A stretch of 27,662 nucleotides of DNA from Thermodesulfobacteriota bacterium (GTDB lineage: Bacteria > Desulfobacterota > Desulfobulbia > Desulfobulbales > SURF-16). The notes under the pieces were generated by a model. It searched no databases and was not told the DNA's origin. It was given only the letters and a program-made list of their open reading frames with translations. Location of the stretch: assembly GCA_039715015.1 (NCBI GenBank), contig JBDLIE010000033.1:1-27662 (forward strand), given 5' to 3'. Positions 17,263 through 24,997 of this stretch are shown in pieces. The position numbers and the translations under genes are program-made. How positions within the stretch are numbered: the first letter of the stretch is position 1; the number at the start of each line of letters is the position of its first letter.

Positions 17263-17532
17263 TTAGGAAGCGCAGGGACAGCTCGCGGCGTTAGGGCAGG
17301 ATGCTTTTTTCTCTGTGCTGTTGGCACCAGTGCTTTTTGTGTTGGCATTACCGTTGCTGCTGTAGCCGTCTGCATACCAGCCGCCGCCTTTAAGGTGAAA
17401 GGCGCTCTGGGAGATAAGTTTCTTTACCGAGCCGTCACATTCCGGACAGGTGGCCAGTGGCGCCTCAGACATCGATTGGCACATCTCAGTAACTTTATGG
17501 CATTCTTCACATTCATATTCATATATGGGCAT
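17263..17532 (-). CDS. FmdB-family zinc ribbon protein
   Basis: MPIYEYECEEC...CPECDG...KLIS...FHLKGGGWY signature. GGAGG RBS. Confidence 0.92.
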   Translation of the reverse strand: MPIYEYECEECHKVTEMCQSMSEAPLATCPECDGSVKKLISQSAFHLKGGGWYADGYSSNGNANTKSTGANSTEKKASCPNAASCPCAS

Positions 17533-17609
17533 TGGTCACCCTCCTACGGAACTGCTTAGTTTTATTTGAGAATTTTACAGATATTTTTAGACCTGCTTGA
17601 AGGTACGTA

Positions 17610-17638
17610 AACATAATGTTGGAGCCGTTTTTTGTCAA
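17610..17638 (-). promoter_or_regulatory. Probable sigma70 promoter for the FmdB gene
   Basis: TTGACA-N17-TATGTT on the minus strand. Confidence 0.6.
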
Positions 17639-17795
17639 TGGCCGCAGGTGAAAAAGAGATTAAGTGTCATGCTGGTTCTGGCCGATAGGTTGTTTATCAT
17701 TTTTTATTACTAGTGTTTGCCCGCCAACTTTATATATTCTCTATTTTAGAAAGTCGATCCAAGTAACAACTAAACTTAAAATTGTAGGCTGCAAC

Positions 17796-18113
17796 GTGCA
17801 ACAAATTCTCTGTCAACAGGCTGCTGAAGGGATGGTGCTGGCCAAGGATGTCCAGACCCCGGAAGGACGTACCCTTTGTGGGAAGAGCACCCCTCTTACC
17901 GAGGCCATGATTGGCCGCTTTATTAAAATGGAAATCAGCCATATCGCGGTTGAGGGTCATCCCGTAAAGGTGGCAGGTGAAAAAAGTTTAAAAGAAGAGC
18001 TGTTGGATATTGAAAAAAGGTTCTCCCGTGTGAAGCATGTGCCACCGTTAATGTTTTTGAAAAAGAGGATTATGGAAAGAATGGTCGAGTCTCGCAAGGA
18101 GCAGGAGGGCTGA
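17796..18113 (+). CDS. Hypothetical ~105-aa protein resembling the N-terminal module of HD-GYP proteins
   Basis: GMVLAKDVQTPEGRTLCGKSTPLTE pattern. Start taken at the in-frame GTG 17796 (uncertain). Stop overlaps the HDOD start (TGATG). Confidence 0.75.
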   Translation: MQQILCQQAAEGMVLAKDVQTPEGRTLCGKSTPLTEAMIGRFIKMEISHIAVEGHPVKVAGEKSLKEELLDIEKRFSRVKHVPPLMFLKKRIMERMVESRKEQEG

Positions 18114-18982
18114 TGGAAAAAGATAATAAAGCAGAATTTCGCAGGGCTCTTCGCGAGGTAAAGAACCTTCCCACCTTGCCCGGTATTGTTGCCAAACTTA
18201 CTCGGATGGCTGATGATCCAGATACCACCACCGAGCAGATGGGCAAGGTGATCAGTAAGGATCATATCCTTGCCGCTAAACTATTAAAGCTTGTTAACTC
18301 AGCCTTTTATGGGTTTCCTCAAAAAATTAGCTCCTTATCCAGCGCTATTATCCTACTTGGTTTTAACGTTATAAAAAGTTTGATCATCAGCGCCTCAATC
18401 TTTGAGCTGATGGAGAGCTCTGATGTGGAGCTTTGGGAGCACTCGCTGGGGACAGCGGTTGCGGCAAGTATCCTCGCTAAGCGTCTGGGGATCAAAGATC
18501 CAGAAGAGGTGAGTACCGCCGGCCTTATTCACGACATCGGCAAGGTGGCAGTGAAGATGGAGCTGCCGGAGCAGTATGATGAAATCTTGAATACGGTTGA
18601 AATGAAACAGATCTCTATGGCTGAGGCGGAACGGCTCGTTCTTGGCCTTGATCACGCCGAAGTTGGGGGGTGGCTTGCCAAGGGCTGGTTTCTGCCCAAG
18701 AAGCTTGTTGAACCCATTGCCTGTCATCATCTTCCCAAAAAATCAAAAGAAGAACCCCTTGCCACTGCCATTCTTCATTTTAGCGATGTCTTGATCCGGG
18801 GCCTTGGTTATGGGCATGGTGCCGATATTTGGGTCCCGCCTCTGAGTAAAGTCGCCTGGGAAGAATTGGGGCTTTCTGCCGCTGATCTCGATGAGGTCCT
18901 TGAGGAGGTTGAAGAGAATCTCTGGGATGTGAAAGGCTTCAGCCTTGATATCCAAGCCGAATTAGAAAATAAATCAGCGTAA
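18113..18982 (+). CDS. HDOD domain protein
   Basis: LPTLP, LLKLVNSAFYG, AIILLG, LWEHS, AGLIHDIGK, DHAEVGGWLAKGWFLP, IACHH. Confidence 0.93.
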   Translation: MEKDNKAEFRRALREVKNLPTLPGIVAKLTRMADDPDTTTEQMGKVISKDHILAAKLLKLVNSAFYGFPQKISSLSSAIILLGFNVIKSLIISASIFELMESSDVELWEHSLGTAVAASILAKRLGIKDPEEVSTAGLIHDIGKVAVKMELPEQYDEILNTVEMKQISMAEAERLVLGLDHAEVGGWLAKGWFLPKKLVEPIACHHLPKKSKEEPLATAILHFSDVLIRGLGYGHGADIWVPPLSKVAWEELGLSAADLDEVLEEVEENLWDVKGFSLDIQAELENKSA

Positions 18983-19003
18983 GTTCTACGGAGTTTTCTG
19001 CTT

Positions 19004-19927
19004 ATGGCACGCCTTCTTTTTGCCGGTGAAGTCTTGGACAGTGAAGAGCCGAGTCTCATCCTGAAGGCCAGTGGCTATCAGATCCTCAGTTTCTCCTCCT
19101 CCCAGGATGCTATCGCCGTTGTTCTTGAGGATCCCCCGGACATGCTCATTATCGACAAAGAGCTTCCGGGATGTATGGACCTTCTTAATGCAGCTAAGGC
19201 CTGTTTGCAGAAAACCAATATGCCCATCCTGCTTGCTGTTGAGGCAAAGGGACTCAGCAGCCTGGACTGGCAAGAATATTCCGTTGATGATGTCCTCGTC
19301 AAACCGGTTGATTCGGAAAATCTCTTTGCCCGAATCGGCCTAGCCCAAGCCAGGATGGGCAGGGTTTTTGATAATAATCCCCTGAGCCGTCTTCCCGGTA
19401 ATACCTCTATTCTTCAAGCCATCCAGTCGACTATTGAGTTGGAGGAAAGCTATGGTGTCTGCTATGTGGATATTGATAATTTCAAACCATATAATGACCG
19501 CTACGGTTTTTCTCAGGGTGATGATGTCATACTTATGGTGGCGCGGATTATTGTTAATGTCATGGAAGAGGTGGCTCGCCATAAGAGTTTTGTAGGACAT
19601 GTAGGGGGTGATGACTTCTTGTTTATTGTTCCTGAAGAAATGATTGATGAAACATGCAAACGTGTGCTTGCTCATTTTGAGGTGGTTCGTAATCTGTTCC
19701 TTACAGAGGAGGATGTTGAAGCAGGTTGTTATGTTGAAAAAGACCGCCAGGGAAGGGAAACAAAATTTGGTTTGTTAAGCCTGTCTATTGCTGTCATTCC
19801 GACAGGAAATCATGAATTCAGCCATTCTGCTGAAGTCTCTAATGCCGCATCTCAACTAAAACATTTTGTTAAGCAGAAGGAAGGGTCTAACTATGTGATA
19901 GATCGCCGTCGTAGCAGCAAAAGTTGA
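19004..19927 (+). CDS. Receiver-like domain + GGDEF (GGDDF variant) diguanylate cyclase
   Basis: N-terminal PDMLIID...LVKP receiver fold. NPLSRLPGN, DIDNFKPYNDRYG, GHVGGDDF, LSLSIA. Confidence 0.9.
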   Translation: MARLLFAGEVLDSEEPSLILKASGYQILSFSSSQDAIAVVLEDPPDMLIIDKELPGCMDLLNAAKACLQKTNMPILLAVEAKGLSSLDWQEYSVDDVLVKPVDSENLFARIGLAQARMGRVFDNNPLSRLPGNTSILQAIQSTIELEESYGVCYVDIDNFKPYNDRYGFSQGDDVILMVARIIVNVMEEVARHKSFVGHVGGDDFLFIVPEEMIDETCKRVLAHFEVVRNLFLTEEDVEAGCYVEKDRQGRETKFGLLSLSIAVIPTGNHEFSHSAEVSNAASQLKHFVKQKEGSNYVIDRRRSSKS

Positions 19928-20134
19928 CCTCTCTTTTGTCGTTTTCTTAGGCGCTATTTTCTGTTGATGGTCTTATTGCTGTCTCCTGCCAGGTGGGCTA
20001 TGTGTTCGTTTTTTCTGTAAATTGTTTAAGTTTGTGGTTGGCCTGTCTTCTTTATGTCTGTTTTTGTAACTATGTGTAGGTCGCCTTTGTGAGATATCTG
20101 CAAATTATTTATTGGATAAAAATAGCAGTAATAT

Positions 20135-20163
20135 TTGATATAAAGAAAATGTAGTGATATGGT
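20135..20163 (+). promoter_or_regulatory. Probable sigma70 promoter for mucR
   Basis: TTGATA-N17-TATGGT preceded by TG-n (extended -10), in AT-rich DNA. Confidence 0.55.
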
Positions 20164-20230
20164 ATGTTTCGCTTTTTACTAGGGGCTAATATATTCTAAC
20201 AACAACAAGAGAAAAATTACAGAGGAGAGA

Positions 20231-20707
20231 ATGATGGCTAAATCCCTTTTGGAGATGGCTGCTGATATTGTTAAATCACAATGCCAAGGTACCTCAATGT
20301 CAACCGAAGATGTTACTGCTGCCCTGAGCAACACCTTCAACTCATTGCAGTCTCTGCAAACCATGGAGTCACAAGGTGAAGCAGGCGAGGTTGCAGGTGC
20401 ACCATCCGCAGTTGTTGATATTAAACCTGAGAAGTCGATTCTGAAAAATAAGATTATCTGTCTTGAGTGTGGAGAGTCTTTTAAAATGCTCTCTCCCAAG
20501 CATCTTCGTTCCCATGATCTTGATGGACGTTCTTATCGTCTGAAGCATGGCTTGCCGCTTCGTCAGCCTCTATGCGCCAGGGCACTTTCTGAAAAACGTA
20601 AGAAGGCTGGTAAGGCGCGTGGACTTCCCGATAACCTTCGCAAGGCAATCGAGGCAAGAAAGGGCAAAACAAAAAAGAAAGCTGGAAGGCCACGTAAGAA
20701 AAAATAA
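20231..20707 (+). CDS. MucR/Ros family transcriptional regulator (C2H2 Zn finger)
   Basis: MAADIVKSQ N-terminus, ICLECGESFKMLSPKHLRSH, YRLKHGLP...PL, SEKRK. Basic C-terminal tail. Confidence 0.93.
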   Translation: MMAKSLLEMAADIVKSQCQGTSMSTEDVTAALSNTFNSLQSLQTMESQGEAGEVAGAPSAVVDIKPEKSILKNKIICLECGESFKMLSPKHLRSHDLDGRSYRLKHGLPLRQPLCARALSEKRKKAGKARGLPDNLRKAIEARKGKTKKKAGRPRKKK

Positions 20708-20730
20708 TTTTAGGCCATTATTGATGTTTG

Positions 20731-20769
20731 AAGGGGGATCTGGTTTGTAGCAGATCCCCTTTATTTTTT
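20731..20769 (+). terminator. Intrinsic terminator after mucR
   Basis: GGGGATCTG-GTTTGTAG-CAGATCCCC stem followed by TTTATTTTTT. Confidence 0.85.
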
Positions 20770-21002
20770 GGTTCATCGCAGATTATTGTGGGGCGGTCTG
20801 TACCCTGTGCCTTTCCAACTCCGAATGTTGTTTTGTTCATTTTCGCCCACTTCTCTGGCTGCTTGCCAAAACCAAAAACGAACCAAGAAAGGGCACCCTT
20901 TACAGCCCTGGCCTTCGGCTCCCTGCTCGTTCAGGTCTGAATGGGGAAAGGCAAAATCAAAACCTTTCAAGCCAGAGGTCCCACGGAAATCCGTGATGAA
21001 CC
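20770..21002. mobile_element. MITE-like element (233 bp) with ISL3-like ends and a perfect 9-bp target duplication
   Basis: Terminal inverted repeats GGTTCATCGCAGATT / AATCCGTGATGAACC (13/15, extending imperfectly to about 30 bp). Flanked by TTATTTTTT at 20761-20769 and 21003-21011. Confidence 0.75.
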
Positions 21003-21117
21003 TTATTTTTTGGCGCAGGGACCTTTTTTCTATGTTAAGAAATACGTGGTTGTAGAGGTCTGATTTTGGTCATTTTTATGGTTACGAAATGGTATTTGAT
21101 GTTTTGAGAGTTTATTT

Positions 21118-21906
21118 ATGATCGGAATTTTTGATTCTGGCGTTGGTGGCATGACTGTGGCCCGCGCTGTTGAAGAGGTACTGCCGGAGAGGTCAATCAT
21201 CTATTTTGGTGATGTGGCCAGAACTCCATACGGATCCAAGAGCCCAGAAACCATTAGCCGCTATGCTCGCCAAAATAGTGATTTTCTCCTCGCCAAGGGA
21301 GCCAAAATAATAATAGTTGCCTGTAATTCGGCGGCAAGTGTCGCTGGTCATCTTCTTCAGCAAGAGTACGACGTACCCATCATGGAAGTGATTAGCCCGG
21401 CTGTAAACCAGGCTGTCCAGCACTCAAATTCCGGTCGAATTGGGGTTGTCGGTACCAGGGCTACTATCAATTCCAATGTTTACGAGCAAGAGATTACAGC
21501 ACTCAACCCTAAGGCCCGGGTGTTTTCACAGCCATGCCCCTTGCTGGTCCCATTGGTGGAAGAGGGATGGCTGGCTAAGCGGGAGACAAAGATGATCCTT
21601 CGTCGCTATCTCCACCCACTGAAATCCCATGGGGTGGATACCTTGGTTCTCGGTTGTACCCATTACCCCCTTTTAGGTCATATGATTCAGCCACGCATGG
21701 GCCGCCAGGTACGGGTCATTGATTCCTCTCTGGCCGTGGCCCATGAACTCAAAAGTTTCTTGGCGGATAATCCTTCTCTTGCCGATAGCCTGGCAAAGGG
21801 GGGAGAACGGCATTATTATGTATCTGATGTCACTGAGGCGGCCCAAAGTACGGCCAGCCGCATATTCGGTCGGCAAATGAATTTAGAATTAGCGCAGGTT
21901 TCCTAA
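21118..21906 (+). CDS. murI: Glutamate racemase
   Basis: IGIFDSGVGG, PYGSKS, VACNSA, LGCTHYP. Confidence 0.98.
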   Translation: MIGIFDSGVGGMTVARAVEEVLPERSIIYFGDVARTPYGSKSPETISRYARQNSDFLLAKGAKIIIVACNSAASVAGHLLQQEYDVPIMEVISPAVNQAVQHSNSGRIGVVGTRATINSNVYEQEITALNPKARVFSQPCPLLVPLVEEGWLAKRETKMILRRYLHPLKSHGVDTLVLGCTHYPLLGHMIQPRMGRQVRVIDSSLAVAHELKSFLADNPSLADSLAKGGERHYYVSDVTEAAQSTASRIFGRQMNLELAQVS

Positions 21907-22571
21907 TGATATCTTGGTTCAATATCCAGAAATTTTCTTTCTTTCTTCTCGTGTCTTTCAGTTTTCTACAGCCAGCTTATGGCATTGATGCTGAAACCAT
22001 TGCCCGCCAGGTCCAGCAGAAATATGACGCCATGCTTTCCATTGAGGCTAATTTTCAGCAACTAACGACCCTGAGCGGTCTCAGTGGCCGGACCCAGAAG
22101 GGCAGTGGCATTGTTGTGATTCAGAAACCTGGGCGTTTACGCTGGGATTATGAAAAACCCCATCGCCAGGTTTTGGTATGCGATGGGGATGAGGTCTCTT
22201 TTTACCTGGAGAGAGAAAAACAACTTATTGTTTCCAAGGCCACAGCCTATCTCGAAGAAGACCTTACCTATGCTTTTTTCACCGGCAAGGGCAATTTGCT
22301 CACCGACTTCCTTGTTGAGCTGGCAGCCGAAAATATGAAAGAGCCGGGAAGCTATAGCCTGAAATTGACCCCGAAAAAAGCCCATGCCCAGGTCCACCAT
22401 CTCTTTCTCTGGGTGGATGAGGAAAGTTTTAATTTAATGCGTATTCGCCTTGTTGACCATCTGGATAGCGTCACTGATATCAGGTTTGAAAATATGGTTT
22501 TTGATAAGAAATTTGCCGATACATTCTTCCTCTTTGTGCCGCCGGAGGGCACAGAGATTATTCTCCAGTAG
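21906..22571 (+). CDS. lolA: Outer-membrane lipoprotein carrier protein LolA
   Basis: Signal peptide, ANFQQ, KPGRLRWDY, DG motif, C-terminal F.F.PPEG. Confidence 0.9.
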   Translation: MISWFNIQKFSFFLLVSFSFLQPAYGIDAETIARQVQQKYDAMLSIEANFQQLTTLSGLSGRTQKGSGIVVIQKPGRLRWDYEKPHRQVLVCDGDEVSFYLEREKQLIVSKATAYLEEDLTYAFFTGKGNLLTDFLVELAAENMKEPGSYSLKLTPKKAHAQVHHLFLWVDEESFNLMRIRLVDHLDSVTDIRFENMVFDKKFADTFFLFVPPEGTEIILQ

Positions 22572-22660
22572 TTTCTATGAAAATAGGCGCCACTTTTATC
22601 TGCATCTGGATCGGGTGTCGCCTATACCTATTTTTTGACCTGAAAATTTAGAGAAAATTC

Positions 22661-23194
22661 ATGCAGGAAAAACATCCAGCCACAGTTTTTTTTCTCGGCG
22701 GTTGCCGGAGCGGTAAAAGCCGTTTGGCAGAAGAGTTCGTGGTCAATAATTTTAGCCGGCCTTGCTATGTGGCGACCATGACCCAAAGCGCTGATTCCGA
22801 ATTGCATGAGCGCATCAAAATACATCAAAATAGACGGGGTGATTCCTGGCAACTCATTGAGGAACCCCAAGATTTATGCACGGTCTTATCACAGCCTGAG
22901 AGTGATGTGATCCTTATTGATTGCCTGACCATGTGGCTGACCAATCTTTTGCTTGCTGATCTGTCTGATAATGATATTAGGGTGAAGGTTAATGAGTTCA
23001 GCCGGGCCATCAGTAACTGCCCGGCATCGGTGGTGATGGTTTCTAATGAAGTGGGGCTGGGAATTGTGCCTGATTCAGTTCTGGGTCGGCGCTTTCGAGA
23101 CCTGGCAGGCTGGCTTAACCAGCAGGTGGCTGAGGTGAGCCAAAGGGTTATCCTGGTTGCAGCCGGTCTTCCTCAAGTTTTAAAGGACGAGTAG
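22661..23194 (+). CDS. cobU: Adenosylcobinamide kinase / cobinamide-phosphate guanylyltransferase
   Basis: GGCRSGKS, YVAT, RIKIHQNRR, LIDCLTMWL, SNEVGLGIVP, FRDLAGWLNQ. Confidence 0.96.
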   Translation: MQEKHPATVFFLGGCRSGKSRLAEEFVVNNFSRPCYVATMTQSADSELHERIKIHQNRRGDSWQLIEEPQDLCTVLSQPESDVILIDCLTMWLTNLLLADLSDNDIRVKVNEFSRAISNCPASVVMVSNEVGLGIVPDSVLGRRFRDLAGWLNQQVAEVSQRVILVAAGLPQVLKDE

Positions 23195-23198
23195 AGCA

Positions 23199-24257
23199 AT
23201 GGCTTTTATTCACGGCGGTAATATTATCAGTATGGCCAGCGATCTTGGCCTTCAGGTTGATGAACTCATTGATATGAGCAGCAATCTTTCTCCGTTGGGT
23301 ATGGTCCCTGGCCTCAGGGAGGTACTTGAAAAGGGAATTGATCAGGTAGCCTATTTGCCCGAGGCCACCAGTGACACGCTTTGCGCCTTATTTGCCGACC
23401 ATAATGGTTGCCTGCCCCAGCAGGTTATGGCTGGTAATGGGACCACTGATTTTATCTATGATCTGCCTGCCATGGCCCCCTTCAAAAAGGCCGTTATTGT
23501 TAATCCGACCTATTCTGATTACCGGCTGGCCTGTGATTATGCTGGTTTGGCCTGGCAGAGTTTTACCTTGGAATCCCCTGATTTTTCAATTGATTTCAGC
23601 AAGTTGGCTAGAGTTCTTGAGGGAGGAGAGCTTCTTTTTATCTGTAATCCGAATAATCCAACCGGTCATCTGGTTCCCAGTGATGTTTTGCGGGCCTTTA
23701 TCAAGGAGCACCCGCAGACTACCTTTGTCATAGATGAGTCGTACCTGCCTTTCAGTAAAGAGCCATCTTTGGCCAGCGGAGAGCTGCCTGAGAACCTCTT
23801 TATTCTCTGTTCATCTTCAAAAATTTATGGTATTCCGGGCCTTCGTCTAGGTTTCCTGGTCAGCACTGAGCAGAATATGGCCACTATCAAAGGGCGCTGC
23901 CGACCATGGACCGTTAATCGCCTGGCCCAGCTTGCAGGTGAATTTTTACTGTCCCAGGCTGACCCTTATGTTCGGGAGGTCCAGGCCTTTATGGATAAGG
24001 AACGAGCCTTTGTTGTCAGTAAACTGCAGGGTATGCCGGGCCTGGCTGTGGTGCCGGGGGTAGCAAATTTCATCCTGTGTCGATTGTCGAATATGGCCGC
24101 CAGCCAACTTGCTGAAAAGATGCTTGCTGAAAAAATTATGATTCGTAACTGTGCAAGTTTTGACGGACTTGATGGCAGCTATTTTCGGTTCTCCCTTAAG
24201 AAGGCAGGTGAAAATCGCCTCTTTCTTGATGTGCTGGCCTCTGCCTTAAATAATTAA
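23199..24257 (+). CDS. cobD: Threonine-phosphate decarboxylase (CobD-like class I/II PLP enzyme)
   Basis: HGGNI, DMSSNLSPLG, CNPNNPTG, IDESY, SSSKIYGIPGLRLG, IRNCASFDGL. Adjacent to cobU. Confidence 0.88.
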   Translation: MAFIHGGNIISMASDLGLQVDELIDMSSNLSPLGMVPGLREVLEKGIDQVAYLPEATSDTLCALFADHNGCLPQQVMAGNGTTDFIYDLPAMAPFKKAVIVNPTYSDYRLACDYAGLAWQSFTLESPDFSIDFSKLARVLEGGELLFICNPNNPTGHLVPSDVLRAFIKEHPQTTFVIDESYLPFSKEPSLASGELPENLFILCSSSKIYGIPGLRLGFLVSTEQNMATIKGRCRPWTVNRLAQLAGEFLLSQADPYVREVQAFMDKERAFVVSKLQGMPGLAVVPGVANFILCRLSNMAASQLAEKMLAEKIMIRNCASFDGLDGSYFRFSLKKAGENRLFLDVLASALNN

Positions 24258-24271
24258 ACTGTTTCGTAACA

Positions 24272-24793
24272 ATGCGTATTGCCATTCTTTCTGATACCCA
24301 TGACCATATTCCTAACCTGAGGTCCGCCGTTACCTATTGTAATGCCTATGGGGTGCAGATGATGATCCATTGCGGTGACCTGATTTCGCCCTTCATGCTC
24401 ATGGAACTTGCCGAGTTTTCCGGACCGGTTCATCTTATCTATGGCAATAATGTCGGCGACCAGCATCTGATCTCGCAGTCATGTGGGGTTAAATATGCAA
24501 ACATTACCCACCATGGCACCTTGGGTGCGGTGGAGGCCGGGGGCATCAAGTTTGCGTTTAATCATTATCCCCAACTTGCCCGAGGCATTGCTGAACAGGG
24601 CAGCTTTGATGTGGTGTGCTGCGGCCATACCCATCGCTATCATGTTGAAAAAATCGGTGACTGTGTGCTCATTAACCCCGGCGATCTGCATGGTGGCAAG
24701 AAGCAGCCCGGTTTTGTCATTTTTGAGACAGCTACGAAAAATATTGAAAGGGTCGATATTGGTGAGCCCTTTTTTCCGGAGAGTCCGGAGTAA
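24272..24793 (+). CDS. YfcE/MJ0936-family metallophosphoesterase
   Basis: SDTHD, HCGD, GNN, GHTH, NPG motifs. Confidence 0.92.
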   Translation: MRIAILSDTHDHIPNLRSAVTYCNAYGVQMMIHCGDLISPFMLMELAEFSGPVHLIYGNNVGDQHLISQSCGVKYANITHHGTLGAVEAGGIKFAFNHYPQLARGIAEQGSFDVVCCGHTHRYHVEKIGDCVLINPGDLHGGKKQPGFVIFETATKNIERVDIGEPFFPESPE

Positions 24794-24997
24794 AAAAGAT
24801 AATTGTTAGCTTGGTGCGACAAATCGAATTGAAACTCAGAGTCTAAGAGTCCGGCAGTGCCTTAGATTTGTTCGTTTGGGGCTTAGAATTATAGCCCTCT
24901 ATATATGAGAAGTCCAAAACGGACGCACCCAGAAAGAAGTGCCCTTGGGGTAAAGATGAGGTGCTGCTGAACTCTTACAGAATACGAGGATATGTCG

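Noticed and set aside
19480..19620. Possible Hypr-type (3',3'-cGAMP) GGDEF
   Set aside because: The specificity position is Asp (YGFSQGD), not the Ser of GacA-type enzymes.
20728..21055. Three short ORFs between mucR and murI
   Set aside because: They span the terminator and the MITE-like element and show no protein-like features.
22572..22660. Cobalamin riboswitch before cobU
   Set aside because: The gap is only 89 nt and no B12-box/GGGAA...GCCACTG pattern is visible.
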